Part shown: positions 1 through 9,512 of the stretch, piece after piece
How positions within the stretch are numbered: the stretch's first letter is position 1
Layout of the letters: each line of letters starts with the position of its first letter
Made by a program: the position numbers and the translations under genes
The notes under the pieces: model-generated
Told to the model about the DNA's origin: nothing
Databases searched by the model: none
The model's input: only the letters and a program-made list of their open reading frames with translations
Origin: an uncultured Chloroflexia bacterium
Lineage (GTDB): Bacteria > Chloroflexota > Limnocylindria > Limnocylindrales > CSP1-4
Length of the DNA stretch: 64,000 bases
Reading direction: 5' to 3'
Assembly (NCBI GenBank): GCA_963755115.1
Contig: CAVWIK010000003.1
Span: 91,149 to 155,148 of the forward strand

Positions 1-120
1 TCCGGCGGCCTGCACGGCGCAGGGTATACCCAGATTTCACCAGATTCCGAGCCGACGGGTCGTGCTCTCGGGCTCTCCCCCCAGCCCGAAGCCGACCCGT
101 CGGCCCCCCGCCGAGGCACG

Positions 121-820
121 ATGACGCCAGCCGGTCCGGCCCCCACCGCCCACCACCCGACGGGATCCTCGCGGAGCTGGCTCTCGCTCGGGCCTGCGAG
201 CCTGCTGCTCGGCGTCGACCCCGGGACGCTCCGCCGCTGGGCGGACGAGGGCCGCGTCCCCGTCTACACGACCCCCGGCGGTCACCGGCGCTTCGACCGC
301 AAGGCGGTGGAGCGCCTCGCCTCGGAACGTCGTCCGGGCCGGGGCCGGCGGAGCGCCCGGCCGCCGTCCCGACCGCTGGCGAGCCTCGGGGCGACGCCCG
401 AACGCCTCCAGCGGGTCTACCGGCGGAGCTACAGCGCACGCCGGCACCGAACGCGACCGACGGGGTCGGCGACGACGATCGCGCGGCGTACCGGAACGAC
501 GGCCGCCGGCTGGTGACCGCCCTGGTCGCCCACCTCGACGCCGATCCGGGCGACGGGCCGGCCCGGGCAGCCGCTGAGGCCGATGCCGAGATGCTCGTCG
601 ACGACCTCGCCCGGCGGCTCGCGGCCGTCCGGACGTCAGCCTGACCGAGGCGGTCGCGCTGTTCGTCGCCGCGCGTCGCCCGTTCCTCGCCGAGCTGGCC
701 GGGCTCGGCCGGCGGCGGACGCTCGATCCGCGCGCGCCTCGGCGCGCTGTACGAGGACGCCTCGGCCTGCTCGACCGCCTGCTCCTGCGGCTGATCGCCA
801 CCCACCAGGCGGCGCGCGCT
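121..820 (+). pseudogene. MerR/excisionase-type HTH DNA-binding protein; frame broken after the HTH (frameshifted or mis-assembled)
   Basis: ORF 121..516 carries 'LSLGPASLLLGVDPGTLRRWADEGRVPVYTTPGGHRRFDRKAVERL', an HTH_17/MerR-like signature. A plausible continuation ('RLVTALVAHLDADPG', 'LFVAARRPFLAELAG', 'LLDRLLLRLIATHQAAR') is reached only by switching frames. End is approximate. Confidence 0.5.
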
Positions 821-821
821 G

Positions 822-1900
822 ATGGATGCCCGCATCGTGCTGCCGACGCTGACGTCGATCCTCGCGCTGCGTTCTCGCTCGCTGCTGTTCGACCAGTGGC
901 GCGCGCGGCGCGGCGGCTTCCAGCTCATCTGGGCCTTCGGGATGCTGTTCTACGGCATCGGCTCCGGCCTGCGAGGCGATCGGCGGCGCGAACGGCTGGA
1001 ACGAGGCGCTCTACCGGACCTGGTACCTGACCGGCGCGGTCTGGACCGCCGGCTGGCTCGGGCTCGGGACGGCGGTCCTGCTCGGGCGGACGCGGTTCGG
1101 CTACAGCTTCGCGCTCTGCCTGTTCCTGGCCGGCCTGTTCACGTTCCTCGTCCGGAACAAGCCCGAGTACCGGGCGCGGGCACGCTGCCGCTGCTCTACC
1201 TCATCGCCGCCGCGATCCTCGCGCTGGCGGTCGCCGTGGAGACGTACTTCCAGAACGACCGCTGGCCGATGCTCGCGGTGGGCGCGGTCGTCGGGGCGAC
1301 CGTCCTCTCGATCGTCCTGATGGCCGAGGACCGACGCTGCCGGCCCCGGGCTACGCGCTCGACCCGGCGACCGGCGTGCCGGTCGCCACGCCTGCTCCCG
1401 CCGCAGCTCCGGCTGCTGACGCCGTTCATGAACATCACGGGCGCGTTCGCGCTGATCCTCGGCGCGATCTTCTCGGCCTACGTGTTCATGCCGAAGCGGC
1501 GCGTCCTGGCCTATTCGCTGGACCCGAACCAGCCGGGCGACGAGTTCCTGTTCAACCTGCTCGATCGCGCCGGTGGCGATCACCGTCAACCTCGTCGCGT
1601 CGCTGCCGGGCGCGCTCCGGGCGCTGGTCACCGGCCGCATCCACAGCCGCGTGCCGGCGACGATCCTGATCGCGATCGGGGCGGTCGCCGCGACCGGCGA
1701 CATCCTGAGCCGGTTCGGGGTGACCGGCCTGTTCCAGTCCGGCAAGTTCGTCGGGCGTGATCTTCCTGTTCGCCGGGTTCCTGGTCTCGATCGACGTCTT
1801 CCGCGAGTTCCGGATCCCGTTCACCTCGATCGTCCTGGGCCGGGTCCGCCACGAGTCGCCGACGGCGAGCGCTGGCGGCCGCCAACGAGTCGGCCGAGAC
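822..1900 (+). pseudogene. Polytopic membrane protein of unknown function, at least 4-5 frame switches
   Basis: Hydrophobic segments are spread over three + frames: 'FQLIWAFGMLFYGIGSG', 'LPLLYLIAAAILALAVAVETYF', 'LTPFMNITGAFALILGAIFSAYVF', 'ITVNLVASLPGALRALVTG..ILIAIGAVAATGD', 'IFLFAGFLVSIDVF'. The ATG at 822 overlaps the upstream stop (TGATG). The 3' end is not resolved. Confidence 0.4.
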
Positions 1901-1960
1901 CGGCGCAGGAACCCTCGGCCGAGCCCGGCCGAGCGCCCGCTGGCCGCCGTCGGCCCTACC

Positions 1961-2960
1961 ATGGCCGGATGTCGCCACCGCGGACAGACGGCCGGTGCGA
2001 CGCGCCTCGACCGCTCGCGCCAGCGGGTGGCGCTCGTCGTCGGGTCGCGCCGCGCTCTTCGGGATGCTCGGGCCGCTGTCGCGCTTCGCCTACGACGCCG
2101 GGATGGAGCCGCCGGCGTTCGTGGTCTGGCGCGCGCTCGATCGGCGTGGCCGCGACGGCCGCCTTCGTCGCGTGGCGCGTCCGCCGCGGCGACAACCGGC
2201 TGGCCGGCCGGGCGACCTCGGAGCGCCGCGGCGGGTCCTGCTGTCGTCGCCGCGGTCATGGGGTTCGCGCTGAACCTGTGCGATGTTCATCGCCTTCGAC
2301 CGGATCACGGTGGCGCTGGCGCTGCTCGGCTTCTACACCTATCCGGCGATGGTCGCCGCCGCCAACGTGGCCCTCGGCCGCGACCGCCTCGACCGGCGCG
2401 CGGGTCGTCGCGCTGGCGCTCGCGCTCGCCGGCATGGTCGCGGTGGTCGCGTCGCAGCTCGACCCGGCGGCCGGCATCCGGTTCGACGCGCTCGGGTTCG
2501 GGCTGGCGCTCGGGGCGGCCTGAGCCAGACGGTCTTCGTGGTCATCAGCCGCGACGGCTACTCGGACCGTCCCCACCGAGCAGGCGATGATCGTGGTCCT
2601 GCGCGTCACGTTCGTCGGCGCGACCGTCGTCTGGCCGCTCGCGAGCGGGCGCGGCCGCGACGCTGGTCGATCCGCTCCGCTCGCCGTCGATCCTGCCGCT
2701 GCTGCTGTTCACCGGCATCTTCGCCGCGGCCATCCCATCGATGGGCTTCCTCACCGGGATCCGGGCGATCGGCGGGACGCGTGCCGGCATCCTGATGCTC
2801 TTCGAGCCGGTCGTCGGGGTCGCCCTGGCGGCATGGCTGCTCGGCGAGTCGCTCGTGCCCGCTGCAGGCGGTCGGCGCCCTGGCGATCCTCGGCGCGGCG
2901 ATCATCCTCCAGCGCGGCCTCGGCGACGCGACGCCGAGCCCGCGACCGAGCCGGGCGCCC
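1961..2960 (+). pseudogene. EamA/DMT-family transporter, multiple frame switches
   Basis: EamA-like TM segments lie in different frames: 'ALFGMLGPLSRFAYDAGMEPPAFVVWRA', 'MFIAFDRITVALALLGFYTYPAMVAAANVALGRDRL', 'ALALALAGMVAVVASQLD', 'MGFLTGIRAIGGTRAGILMLFEPVVGVALAAWLLGESL', 'LAILGAAIILQR'. Boundaries are approximate. Confidence 0.5.
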
Positions 2961-2969
2961 GTCGTCGGG

Positions 2970-3702
2970 ATGGGCGACCGTCCCGCGACCGGATCGCCGA
3001 TCCGGATCCTGCTCGCCGACGACCACGCGATGGTCCGTCGCGGCATGCGCGACTTCCTCGCGCTCCACGACGACCTCGAGGTGGTCGGCGAGGCGCAGGA
3101 CGGCGTCGAGGCGCTCGAGCGCGGTCGAGGCGCTGGCGCCCGGACGTCGTCGTCATGGACCTGCTGATGCCGGTCATGGACGGGATCGCCGCGACGGCGG
3201 AGATCAAGGCGCGCCATCCGGCCGTCGAGGTCGTCGCCCTGACCAGCTTCATCGACGAGGACCGGGTGACGGCCGCACATCGAGGCGGGTGCGAGCGGGT
3301 TCCTCCTCAAGGACGCCGAGGCGGACGACCTCGCGGCCGCGATCCGCGCCGCGGTGGCCGGCGAGGTCCACCTCGACCCGGCGGTCGCCGGGATCGTCGC
3401 GCGCGGGATGCGCGACCGGTCCGGCCCGGCCGGGCGACGCCGGCGCGGCCGCAGGATCCAGCGGCCGCGATGGCCGACCCGGGCGGCCGGGCGAGCCTCG
3501 CGAGCGCTGACCGGCCGCGAGCGGGAGGTGCTGTCGGGCGTCGCGCGCGGGCTCTCGAACAGGGAGATCGCGGGCGAGCTCGGCGATCACCGAGCGCACG
3601 GCCCGGACGCACGTGTCGAACATCCTCGCCAAGCTCGGCCTGAGCAGCCGGACGCAGGCCGCGCTGTTCGCGGTGCAGCACGGGCTCGGTCCCGGACGAT
3701 GA
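2970..3702 (+). pseudogene. NarL/LuxR-family response regulator (REC + LuxR HTH), at least 3 frame switches
   Basis: REC domain: 'IRILLADDHAMVRRGMRDFLALHDDLEVVGEAQDGVEALE', then 'DVVVMDLLMPVMDGIAATAEIKARHPAVEVVALTSFIDED' in another frame. LuxR HTH: 'LTGREREVLSGVARGLSNREIAGELG', then 'ITERTARTHVSNILAKLGLSSRTQAALFAVQHGL' in a third frame, ending at TGA 3700-3702. Confidence 0.65.
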
Positions 3703-4473
3703 CGTACGACGTCGCGGGGCCGCCCGACGCCCCGGCCATCGTGTTCGTCCACGGGACGCGGCTGACCCGCGCGGTCTGGGCGCCGCAGATCCGCGGGCTG
3801 TCGGGGGACGTTCCGGACGATCGCGCCTGGACCTGCCGGGCCACGGCGACGCTGGCCGACGAGCCGTTCACGCTCGATGGCGCGGCGGATCGCGTGGCGC
3901 GGCGGTCGATCGACGAGGCCGCGGATGGGCGGGCGGTCGTCGTCGGGCTGTCGCTCGGCGGCTACGTCGCCATGGAGCTGGCGGCGCGGTCGCCGGAGCG
4001 CGTCCGCGGGCTGGTCCTGGCCGGTGCGACGGCCGAGCCGACGGGTCCGAGCTGCTGCCGTACCTCGCGCTCGCGTGGGTCATGGGCGCCGCTCGACGGT
4101 CCGCGCCTGGACGCCCTCAACCGGCGGTTCTTCCGGTCGCGCTTCCCGGCGGCCATCGCCGAGCCGATCGTCGCGGGCGGCTTCTGGTCGATCGGTGGCG
4201 CCGCGGCGCTGCGGGCCCTGGCCGGCGACCGGTTCCTGCCCCGCCTCGCGGCGATATCCGGGACCGACCCTGATCCTCAACGGCGCGCTCGACCTGCCGT
4301 TCCGCCTCTCGGCCGGAGCGTTCGCGGGGGCCGCGCAGCGGCCGCGCCGGGTCCGCCTGGCGGGCGCGACGCACCTCTCGAACCTCGATCGACCGGCGGC
4401 CTTCAACGAGGCCGTCCGCCGGTTCGTCGCGCTCGCTGGAGGACGATCGCTGAGGTCCCGGCGCGGGGCCTGA
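3699..4473 (+). pseudogene. Alpha/beta-fold hydrolase, several frame switches
   Basis: 'MTYDVAGPPDAPAIVFVHGTRLTRAVWAPQI' and the nucleophile elbow 'VVGLSLGGYVAMELAA' are present. The 'TFRTIA-LDLPGHG' segment (3797-3860) is readable only by visiting all three frames. The C-terminus 'PTLILNGALDLPF..GATHLSNLDRPAAFNEAV' lies in frame 3877..4473. The ATG overlaps the upstream stop (ATGA). Confidence 0.6.
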
Positions 4474-4528
4474 CATGACCCTCGCGGTATACTGCCGCGA
4501 CCGCCCCGACCCGCCCTCCCGAGGTTCG

Positions 4529-5407
4529 ATGCGCGTACGCAAGGCTGTCTTCCCCGCCGCCGGCTGGGGCACCCGGTTCCTGCCCGCGACCAAGGCGCAG
4601 CCGAAGGAGATGCTGCCGCTGGTGGACAAGCCGATCATCCAGTACGCGGTCGAGGAGGCCGTCGCCGCCGGGATCGAGCAGGTCATCATCGTCACCTCCA
4701 GCCAGAAGCGGGCGATCGAGGACCATTTCGACCTGTCGTACGAGCTCGAGCACCTGCTCGAGGAGAAGGGCGACATCGAGATGCTCCGCCAGGTGCGCCA
4801 CATCAGCGACCTCGCCCAGGTGGCGTACGTCCGCCAGAAGGAGCAGCTGGGCCTCGGTCACGCCGTCCTGATGGCCAAGGACCTCATCGGCCACGAGCCG
4901 TTCGCGGTGATCCTGCCGGACGACGTGGTCATCGGCGACCGGCCCTGCATCGGCCAGCTCATCCACGCCTACACGCAGACCCACGCCTCGGTCGTGGCCG
5001 TGATGGAGGTGCCCGCGGAGGAGACGGGTCGCTACGGCGTGATCGGAGCGGAGCCGTCGATCGATCCGCTCGACCACGGCCGGCTGCACCGCGTCACGAG
5101 CCTCGTGGAGAAGCCGGCCGCGGCCGACGCGCCCTCCAACCTGGCCATCATCGGGCGATACGTCCTGACGCCGAAGATCTTCGACAAGCTCGAGCAGACC
5201 CAGCGCGGCGCCGGCGGCGAGATCCAGCTGACCGACGCCATCTCCGACCTGATGCAGGAACAGGCGGTGTTCGCCTACGAGTTCGAGGGGACGCGCTACG
5301 ACGCGGGCACCGTCATGGGCTGGCTGAAGGCGTCGGTCGAGCTGGCGCTCCAGCGGCCGGACCTCGCCACGGAGTTCCGCAGCTACCTGCAGGGGCTCGA
5401 GCTGTGA
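4529..5407 (+). CDS. galU: UTP--glucose-1-phosphate uridylyltransferase
   Basis: 'MRVRKAVFPAAGWGTRFLPATKAQPKEMLPLVDKPIIQYAVEEAVAAGIEQVIIVT' and 'VRQKEQLGLGHAV' are classic GalU motifs. The internal ATG at 4529 is preferred over the ORF-track start at 4475. Confidence 0.9.
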   Translation: MRVRKAVFPAAGWGTRFLPATKAQPKEMLPLVDKPIIQYAVEEAVAAGIEQVIIVTSSQKRAIEDHFDLSYELEHLLEEKGDIEMLRQVRHISDLAQVAYVRQKEQLGLGHAVLMAKDLIGHEPFAVILPDDVVIGDRPCIGQLIHAYTQTHASVVAVMEVPAEETGRYGVIGAEPSIDPLDHGRLHRVTSLVEKPAAADAPSNLAIIGRYVLTPKIFDKLEQTQRGAGGEIQLTDAISDLMQEQAVFAYEFEGTRYDAGTVMGWLKASVELALQRPDLATEFRSYLQGLEL

Positions 5408-5408
5408 G

Positions 5409-5945
5409 GTGACCCTCGAGGTCATCGTCATCGCGATCGTCCGCATCGCGGGCTCGCTCCCGGTCCTGCGCTGGCCGCTCATCGGTGGCCTGCTCGCCAT
5501 CGCCATCGACGCCAGCGACCTGCTGCTCATGGGCGTCCTGGACCTCGGGGGCGTGCCCGACTACCAGAGCCTCGACAAGTGGCTCGACCAGGTCTATCTC
5601 GCCCTCTTCCTGGTCGTCGCTCTGCGCTGGACGAACCCCGCGCGGTCGATCTCGATCGCCCTCTACCTCTACCGGCTGGTCGGCTTCGTCCTGTTCGAGC
5701 TGACGGGCGAGCGAGCGCTGCTCCTGCTCTTCCCGAACGTCTTCGAGTTCTGGTTCATCTTCGTGGCGGCGGTCGGCCACGAGCGGATCGGGCGCTGGTC
5801 GCACGCCCAGATCGGCGTCTCCCTCGTGGTCCTGACGCTCCTGAAGGAGATCCAGGAATGGGCGCTGCACGGCGCGCGCCTGTTCGATTTCGATCAGCGC
5901 CCTCGATGCGATCGACCTGGTCTGGCGGCGTCTCACCGGGCAATG
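5409..5945 (+). CDS. Small integral membrane protein of unknown function; likely frame change near 5885
   Basis: GTG start lies 1 nt after the galU stop, followed by four hydrophobic helices. After about 5886 the codon third positions of the track frame lose their GC bias. The +1 frame ('ISALDAIDLVWRRLTGQ*') keeps it and stops at 5943-5945, just upstream of the kinase ATG. Confidence 0.5.
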
Positions 5946-5962
5946 ACGGCGGGCCGGCCGCC

Positions 5963-7732
5963 ATGGGGTACGATGCCGCGCGACACGAAGCGGGCGCAGC
6001 GCCCCCCAGCGATGAGGGTCTTGTGGCGGAGATCGGGACGATCCTTGGCGGCCGGTACCGACTGGTCGAACTGCTCGGCCAGGGCGGCATGGCGACGATC
6101 TTCCGCGCGCTGGACACGCAGCTCGGGCGGGACGTGGCGGTCAAGCTGCTCCGTCCCGAGTACCTGCGCGACCCCGACTTCTCGGCCCGGTTCCGCCAGG
6201 AGGCCCAGGCCGCGGCATCGCTCAGCCATCCCAACGTCGTCACGGTCTACGACTACGGCGAGGACCCGTCGGGTCCGTACATCGTCATGGAGCTCGTGGA
6301 CGGCGAGGACCTCGCGACGATCCTGCGACGGAGCGGCGCCCTCCCGCCGCGGCAGGTGGCCCGGATCGGCGCCGCCGTGGCCCGGGCGCTCGCCGCGGCC
6401 CACGCCCGGGGGCTCATCCACCGTGACGTGAAGCCCGGCAACATCCTGATCGGCCGCGACGGCCAGGTGAAGGTGGTGGACTTCGGGATCGCCCGGGCCA
6501 TCGCCGAAGCCCAGATGACCCTGCCCGGGACGACGCTCGGGTCCGTCCACTACTTCAGCCCGGAGCAGGCCCGCGGCGAGCCCGCCACGGCGTCGTCGGA
6601 CATCTACTCGCTCGGCATCGTCCTGTTCGAGATGCTGACCGGCATCCGGCCATGGGAGGGCGACAGCGCCGCGGCGATCGGCCTCGCCCGGCTCTCCAGC
6701 CCGCCCCCGGATCCGATCGCGGTCCGGCCTTCGGTCCCGCCGGACCTCGCCGCGATCACCCGCAAGGCGATGGCCACCTCGCCCGGGGACCGCTTCGTCT
6801 CCGCCTCGGCGATGGCCGACGCCCTCGATGGGGTCGTGGCCGCGTCCGCGAGCGGCGCGGCGGCCGTCGGGGCGGCCGGGCTGGCCGCCGGCGCGACGGT
6901 GGCGATGAGCGGCGTCGCTCGCGGCAACCCGAACGCCGTCCCGTATCCGCCCGACGCCTACGCCGATTCCGGGGGCGGGAACGGCGAGCCGCCGCTGCCG
7001 CCGCCCGGTCCCCCGATCGATGACGAGGGCGGCGCCACCAGCCCGATCGTCTGGGCCGCCGGGATCGCCGCGGCCGCCCTCCTCGTCGTGATCGCCTTCC
7101 TGGTGTTCCAGCTCGCCGGCGGTGGCGGCAACGCCACGCCGAGCGAGTCGCCGTCCGCGACGGCGGTCACCGTGCCGAACTTCGTGGGCGCCCTCGTCGA
7201 CGATGCCAAGCGCGACGCCGACGCCCTCGGCATCGTCCTCGTCACGACCGGCCAGCCGTCCGACCAGCCCGTCGGGACGATCCTCGCCCAGGACCCGCCG
7301 GCCGGCTCGATCCTGGCGTCCGGCGGCACCGTCAACATCACGGTCGCGACCGGCCCCGACACCGTCGTGGTGCCGAACATCCGGACCCTGACCGAATCCG
7401 AGGCGCTCCAGGCCCTGGTCGACGCCGGGCTGACGGTCGGCCAGCGGACCGAGGCGTTCGACGCGACGATCCCGGCCGGGTCGGTCGTCTCGCAGGCGCC
7501 GGCACCGGGCCAGGTGGTCGTCCGCGGCACTCCGGTCGACTACGTCGTCTCGAAGGGCCCGGAGCCCACGCCGACACCGACCCCGACCCCGACGCCGACA
7601 CCCACACCGACACCGACACCGACGCCCACGCCGACGCCCACGCCGACACCGACGCCGACACCTACCCCGACCCCGACGCCGACACCGACCCCGACGCCGA
7701 CACCTACCCCGACGCCACCGCCGGCGCCCTGA
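5963..7732 (+). CDS. PASTA-domain Ser/Thr protein kinase (PknB-like) with a C-terminal (Thr-Pro)25 tail
   Basis: Kinase motifs: 'LGQGGMATIF', 'VAVKLL', 'HRDVKPGNIL', 'DFGIAR', 'YFSPEQ'. TM helix: 'IVWAAGIAAAALLVVIAFLVF'. Two PASTA-like modules: 'VTVPNFVG..NITV' and 'VVVPNIRTLTESEALQAL..DYVVSKG'. ATG at 5963. Confidence 0.9.
   Translation: MGYDAARHEAGAAPPSDEGLVAEIGTILGGRYRLVELLGQGGMATIFRALDTQLGRDVAVKLLRPEYLRDPDFSARFRQEAQAAASLSHPNVVTVYDYGEDPSGPYIVMELVDGEDLATILRRSGALPPRQVARIGAAVARALAAAHARGLIHRDVKPGNILIGRDGQVKVVDFGIARAIAEAQMTLPGTTLGSVHYFSPEQARGEPATASSDIYSLGIVLFEMLTGIRPWEGDSAAAIGLARLSSPPPDPIAVRPSVPPDLAAITRKAMATSPGDRFVSASAMADALDGVVAASASGAAAVGAAGLAAGATVAMSGVARGNPNAVPYPPDAYADSGGGNGEPPLPPPGPPIDDEGGATSPIVWAAGIAAAALLVVIAFLVFQLAGGGGNATPSESPSATAVTVPNFVGALVDDAKRDADALGIVLVTTGQPSDQPVGTILAQDPPAGSILASGGTVNITVATGPDTVVVPNIRTLTESEALQALVDAGLTVGQRTEAFDATIPAGSVVSQAPAPGQVVVRGTPVDYVVSKGPEPTPTPTPTPTPTPTPTPTPTPTPTPTPTPTPTPTPTPTPTPTPTPTPTPTPPPAP
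7568..7717 (+). repeat. Coding dipeptide repeat (Thr-Pro) x25 at the kinase C-terminus
   Basis: 25 consecutive ACN-CCN codon pairs were counted directly, with mixed synonymous codons (acg/aca/acc and ccg/ccc/cct/cca). They are followed by PPAP-stop. Confidence 0.9.
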
Positions 7733-7775
7733 CGCACCCGGAGGGCTCCGGGGCCCGGCGGTCGTGACGGGCCGG

Positions 7776-8162
7776 TCAGTCCTCCCAGAGGCTCCAGCGG
7801 GGCTCAGCCGCCAGGGGGACGGCCGGGACCGGTTCGTCGACCGGCGGAGTCGCACCCGGCACGGCCTTGCGCGGCCGCGCGCGCACCTCGACGAACTGCC
7901 GGTGGGCCGCTGACGCCTCAGGCGGCGCGGCCGCGGTGATGGTCGGGGCCTCCGGGAGCTTGCCCGCCTCCCAGCACGGCCGGATCTCGTCGCCGCGGAG
8001 CGGCAGCCGGTGGACGTCGAGCCCGCAGTAGCCGAGCTGCGCGGCGACGGAGCGTCGGAAGTGCCGACAGGTCAGACAGGCGGTGCTGGAGCGGTGGCAG
8101 ACCCAGCAGCGGGCCGTCTCGACCTGGGGTGTCCCGCAGTGGGGGCATCGCCACATCGGCAT
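7776..8162 (-). CDS. Cys-rich zinc-ribbon-like protein with a Pro/Ala-rich tail, unknown function
   Basis: 'MPMWRCPHCGTPQVETARCWVCHRSSTACLTCRHF' contains two CxxC pairs plus further Cys. The ATG at 8162 is internal to track ORF 7776..9512. GC3 is high. Confidence 0.55.
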   Translation of the reverse strand: MPMWRCPHCGTPQVETARCWVCHRSSTACLTCRHFRRSVAAQLGYCGLDVHRLPLRGDEIRPCWEAGKLPEAPTITAAAPPEASAAHRQFVEVRARPRKAVPGATPPVDEPVPAVPLAAEPRWSLWED

Positions 8163-8253
8163 GCGCCGATGGTAGCTGCGACGGGGCGACTCCGCAATCC
8201 GGGCGCTGGCGAGACCGCGGTGACCGGTCCGCGCCGGGGGTTCCCGGACGGGC

Positions 8254-9512
8254 CTACTTGGTGATCGTGATGACCGTGTAGTCCTGCGTCGACCCGAACG
8301 CGTCGGTCGAGGCGAGGCACCGTCGCGTTGCCCTGGCCGGTATCGGTCCCCTTCTTCGGGATCGTCGTCTCGAACGCGACGCGACCGTTGCTGTTCGACG
8401 TCCCGTCGTAGGTGATCGTCTGGATGCCCGGGATGCTCAGGGTGAACGTCACGGCGGCACCCGCGAGCGGCTGCCCGTTCGGGTCGGTGACCGAGCAGAG
8501 GAGCCGCACGCCGGCCGGCAGGCTCTGGCGGGAGATGTGGTAGTCCGAGGCCGAGATCGACGCCGTCAGCTTGCCGGTCCCGCGGCGGAGGGTGAGCTCC
8601 TTGACGCTCACGTTGCCGGCCGGGTCGGTGGCGGTGATGGTGATGTGGTTGGTCCCCGTCGAGAGCGCGATCTTGAGGGTGAACGTCCCGTCCGACTTCG
8701 CGGTCCCCGTGATCGAGGCGTCGTTGTCGGCGTTGCGCGCGATCAGCGTCGAGCGCGCCTGGACCTTGCCCTTGATGCTCGACGCTCTTGCCGTTGACCT
8801 TGGAGTTGGCCTTGGGCGACGTGATGGTCATCTTCGGCTTGGCCGTGTCCAGGACGTAGCGGACGACGGGCGACGTGTCGGATTCCCCGCCGGGCCCGAC
8901 GATCGTCACCGTGAAGTCGTTGATGCCCTTCTCGAGCTCGATCGGGATCACGGTCTTGGCGGTCGTCCCGATCGGGACCTCCTGGATGGCGGCCGGCGGC
9001 TGGTCCTTCAGGGCGAGATAGACCCGGATGACGTGGTCCGTGGACCCGACCAGCTCGGCGGGCACCGTGACGACGAGGTCGACCTTGCTCGTGTTGGTGT
9101 ACGGCTCGTCGGGTGCCGCGAGTAGCGGCGCGTCGCTGATGGTCGCGACCGTCGGCGCCGGGGTCGGCGTCGCCGTGACGTCATGGACGAAGCCGGCCAG
9201 GGAGGTCCCGACGCTACCCGCGACCGCGCGCAGGCCGCCGAGCGCGACGTACAGTACGCCAGCGCCGAGCGCGACCACGGCCAGCGTCAGCGCGACCTTG
9301 CCGATGAGCGGGATGCCGCGACCGCGCTGGATCGGTCGGTGCGCCGTGATCCGGCCGGGCTGCGGTGCGCGCGGACGGGCCTTGGACGGGGCGGGACGAC
9401 CACTGGACGGGGGTCGAGGTCGGACTTGGGTAGGTCGCGGGCCGCGCCGGGTCGTCATCGCGCCGATTGTCGCACGGGATGCGGACCGATGACGCGTGAC
9501 AGGCCGTGCCAT
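8254..9512 (-). pseudogene. Membrane-anchored surface protein with bacterial Ig-like (Big) domains, at least 2 frame switches
   Basis: N-terminal basic region plus TM 'LIGKVALTLAVVALGAGVLYVAL'. Beta-rich repeats: 'KVDLVVTVPAEL', 'INDFTVTIVGPGGESD', 'TNHITITATDPAGNVSVKELTL', 'AAVTFTLSIPGIQTITYDGTSNSNGRVAFE'. The frame changes near 8775 and 8330. The last codons 'TQDYTVITITK*' end at 8254. Confidence 0.55.

Noticed and set aside
5933-7855. 640-aa minus-strand ORF, extremely Arg/Gly/Asp-rich
   Set aside because: It is antisense to the well-supported PASTA kinase gene. Its composition is typical of GC-driven shadow ORFs, and it has no recognisable motifs.
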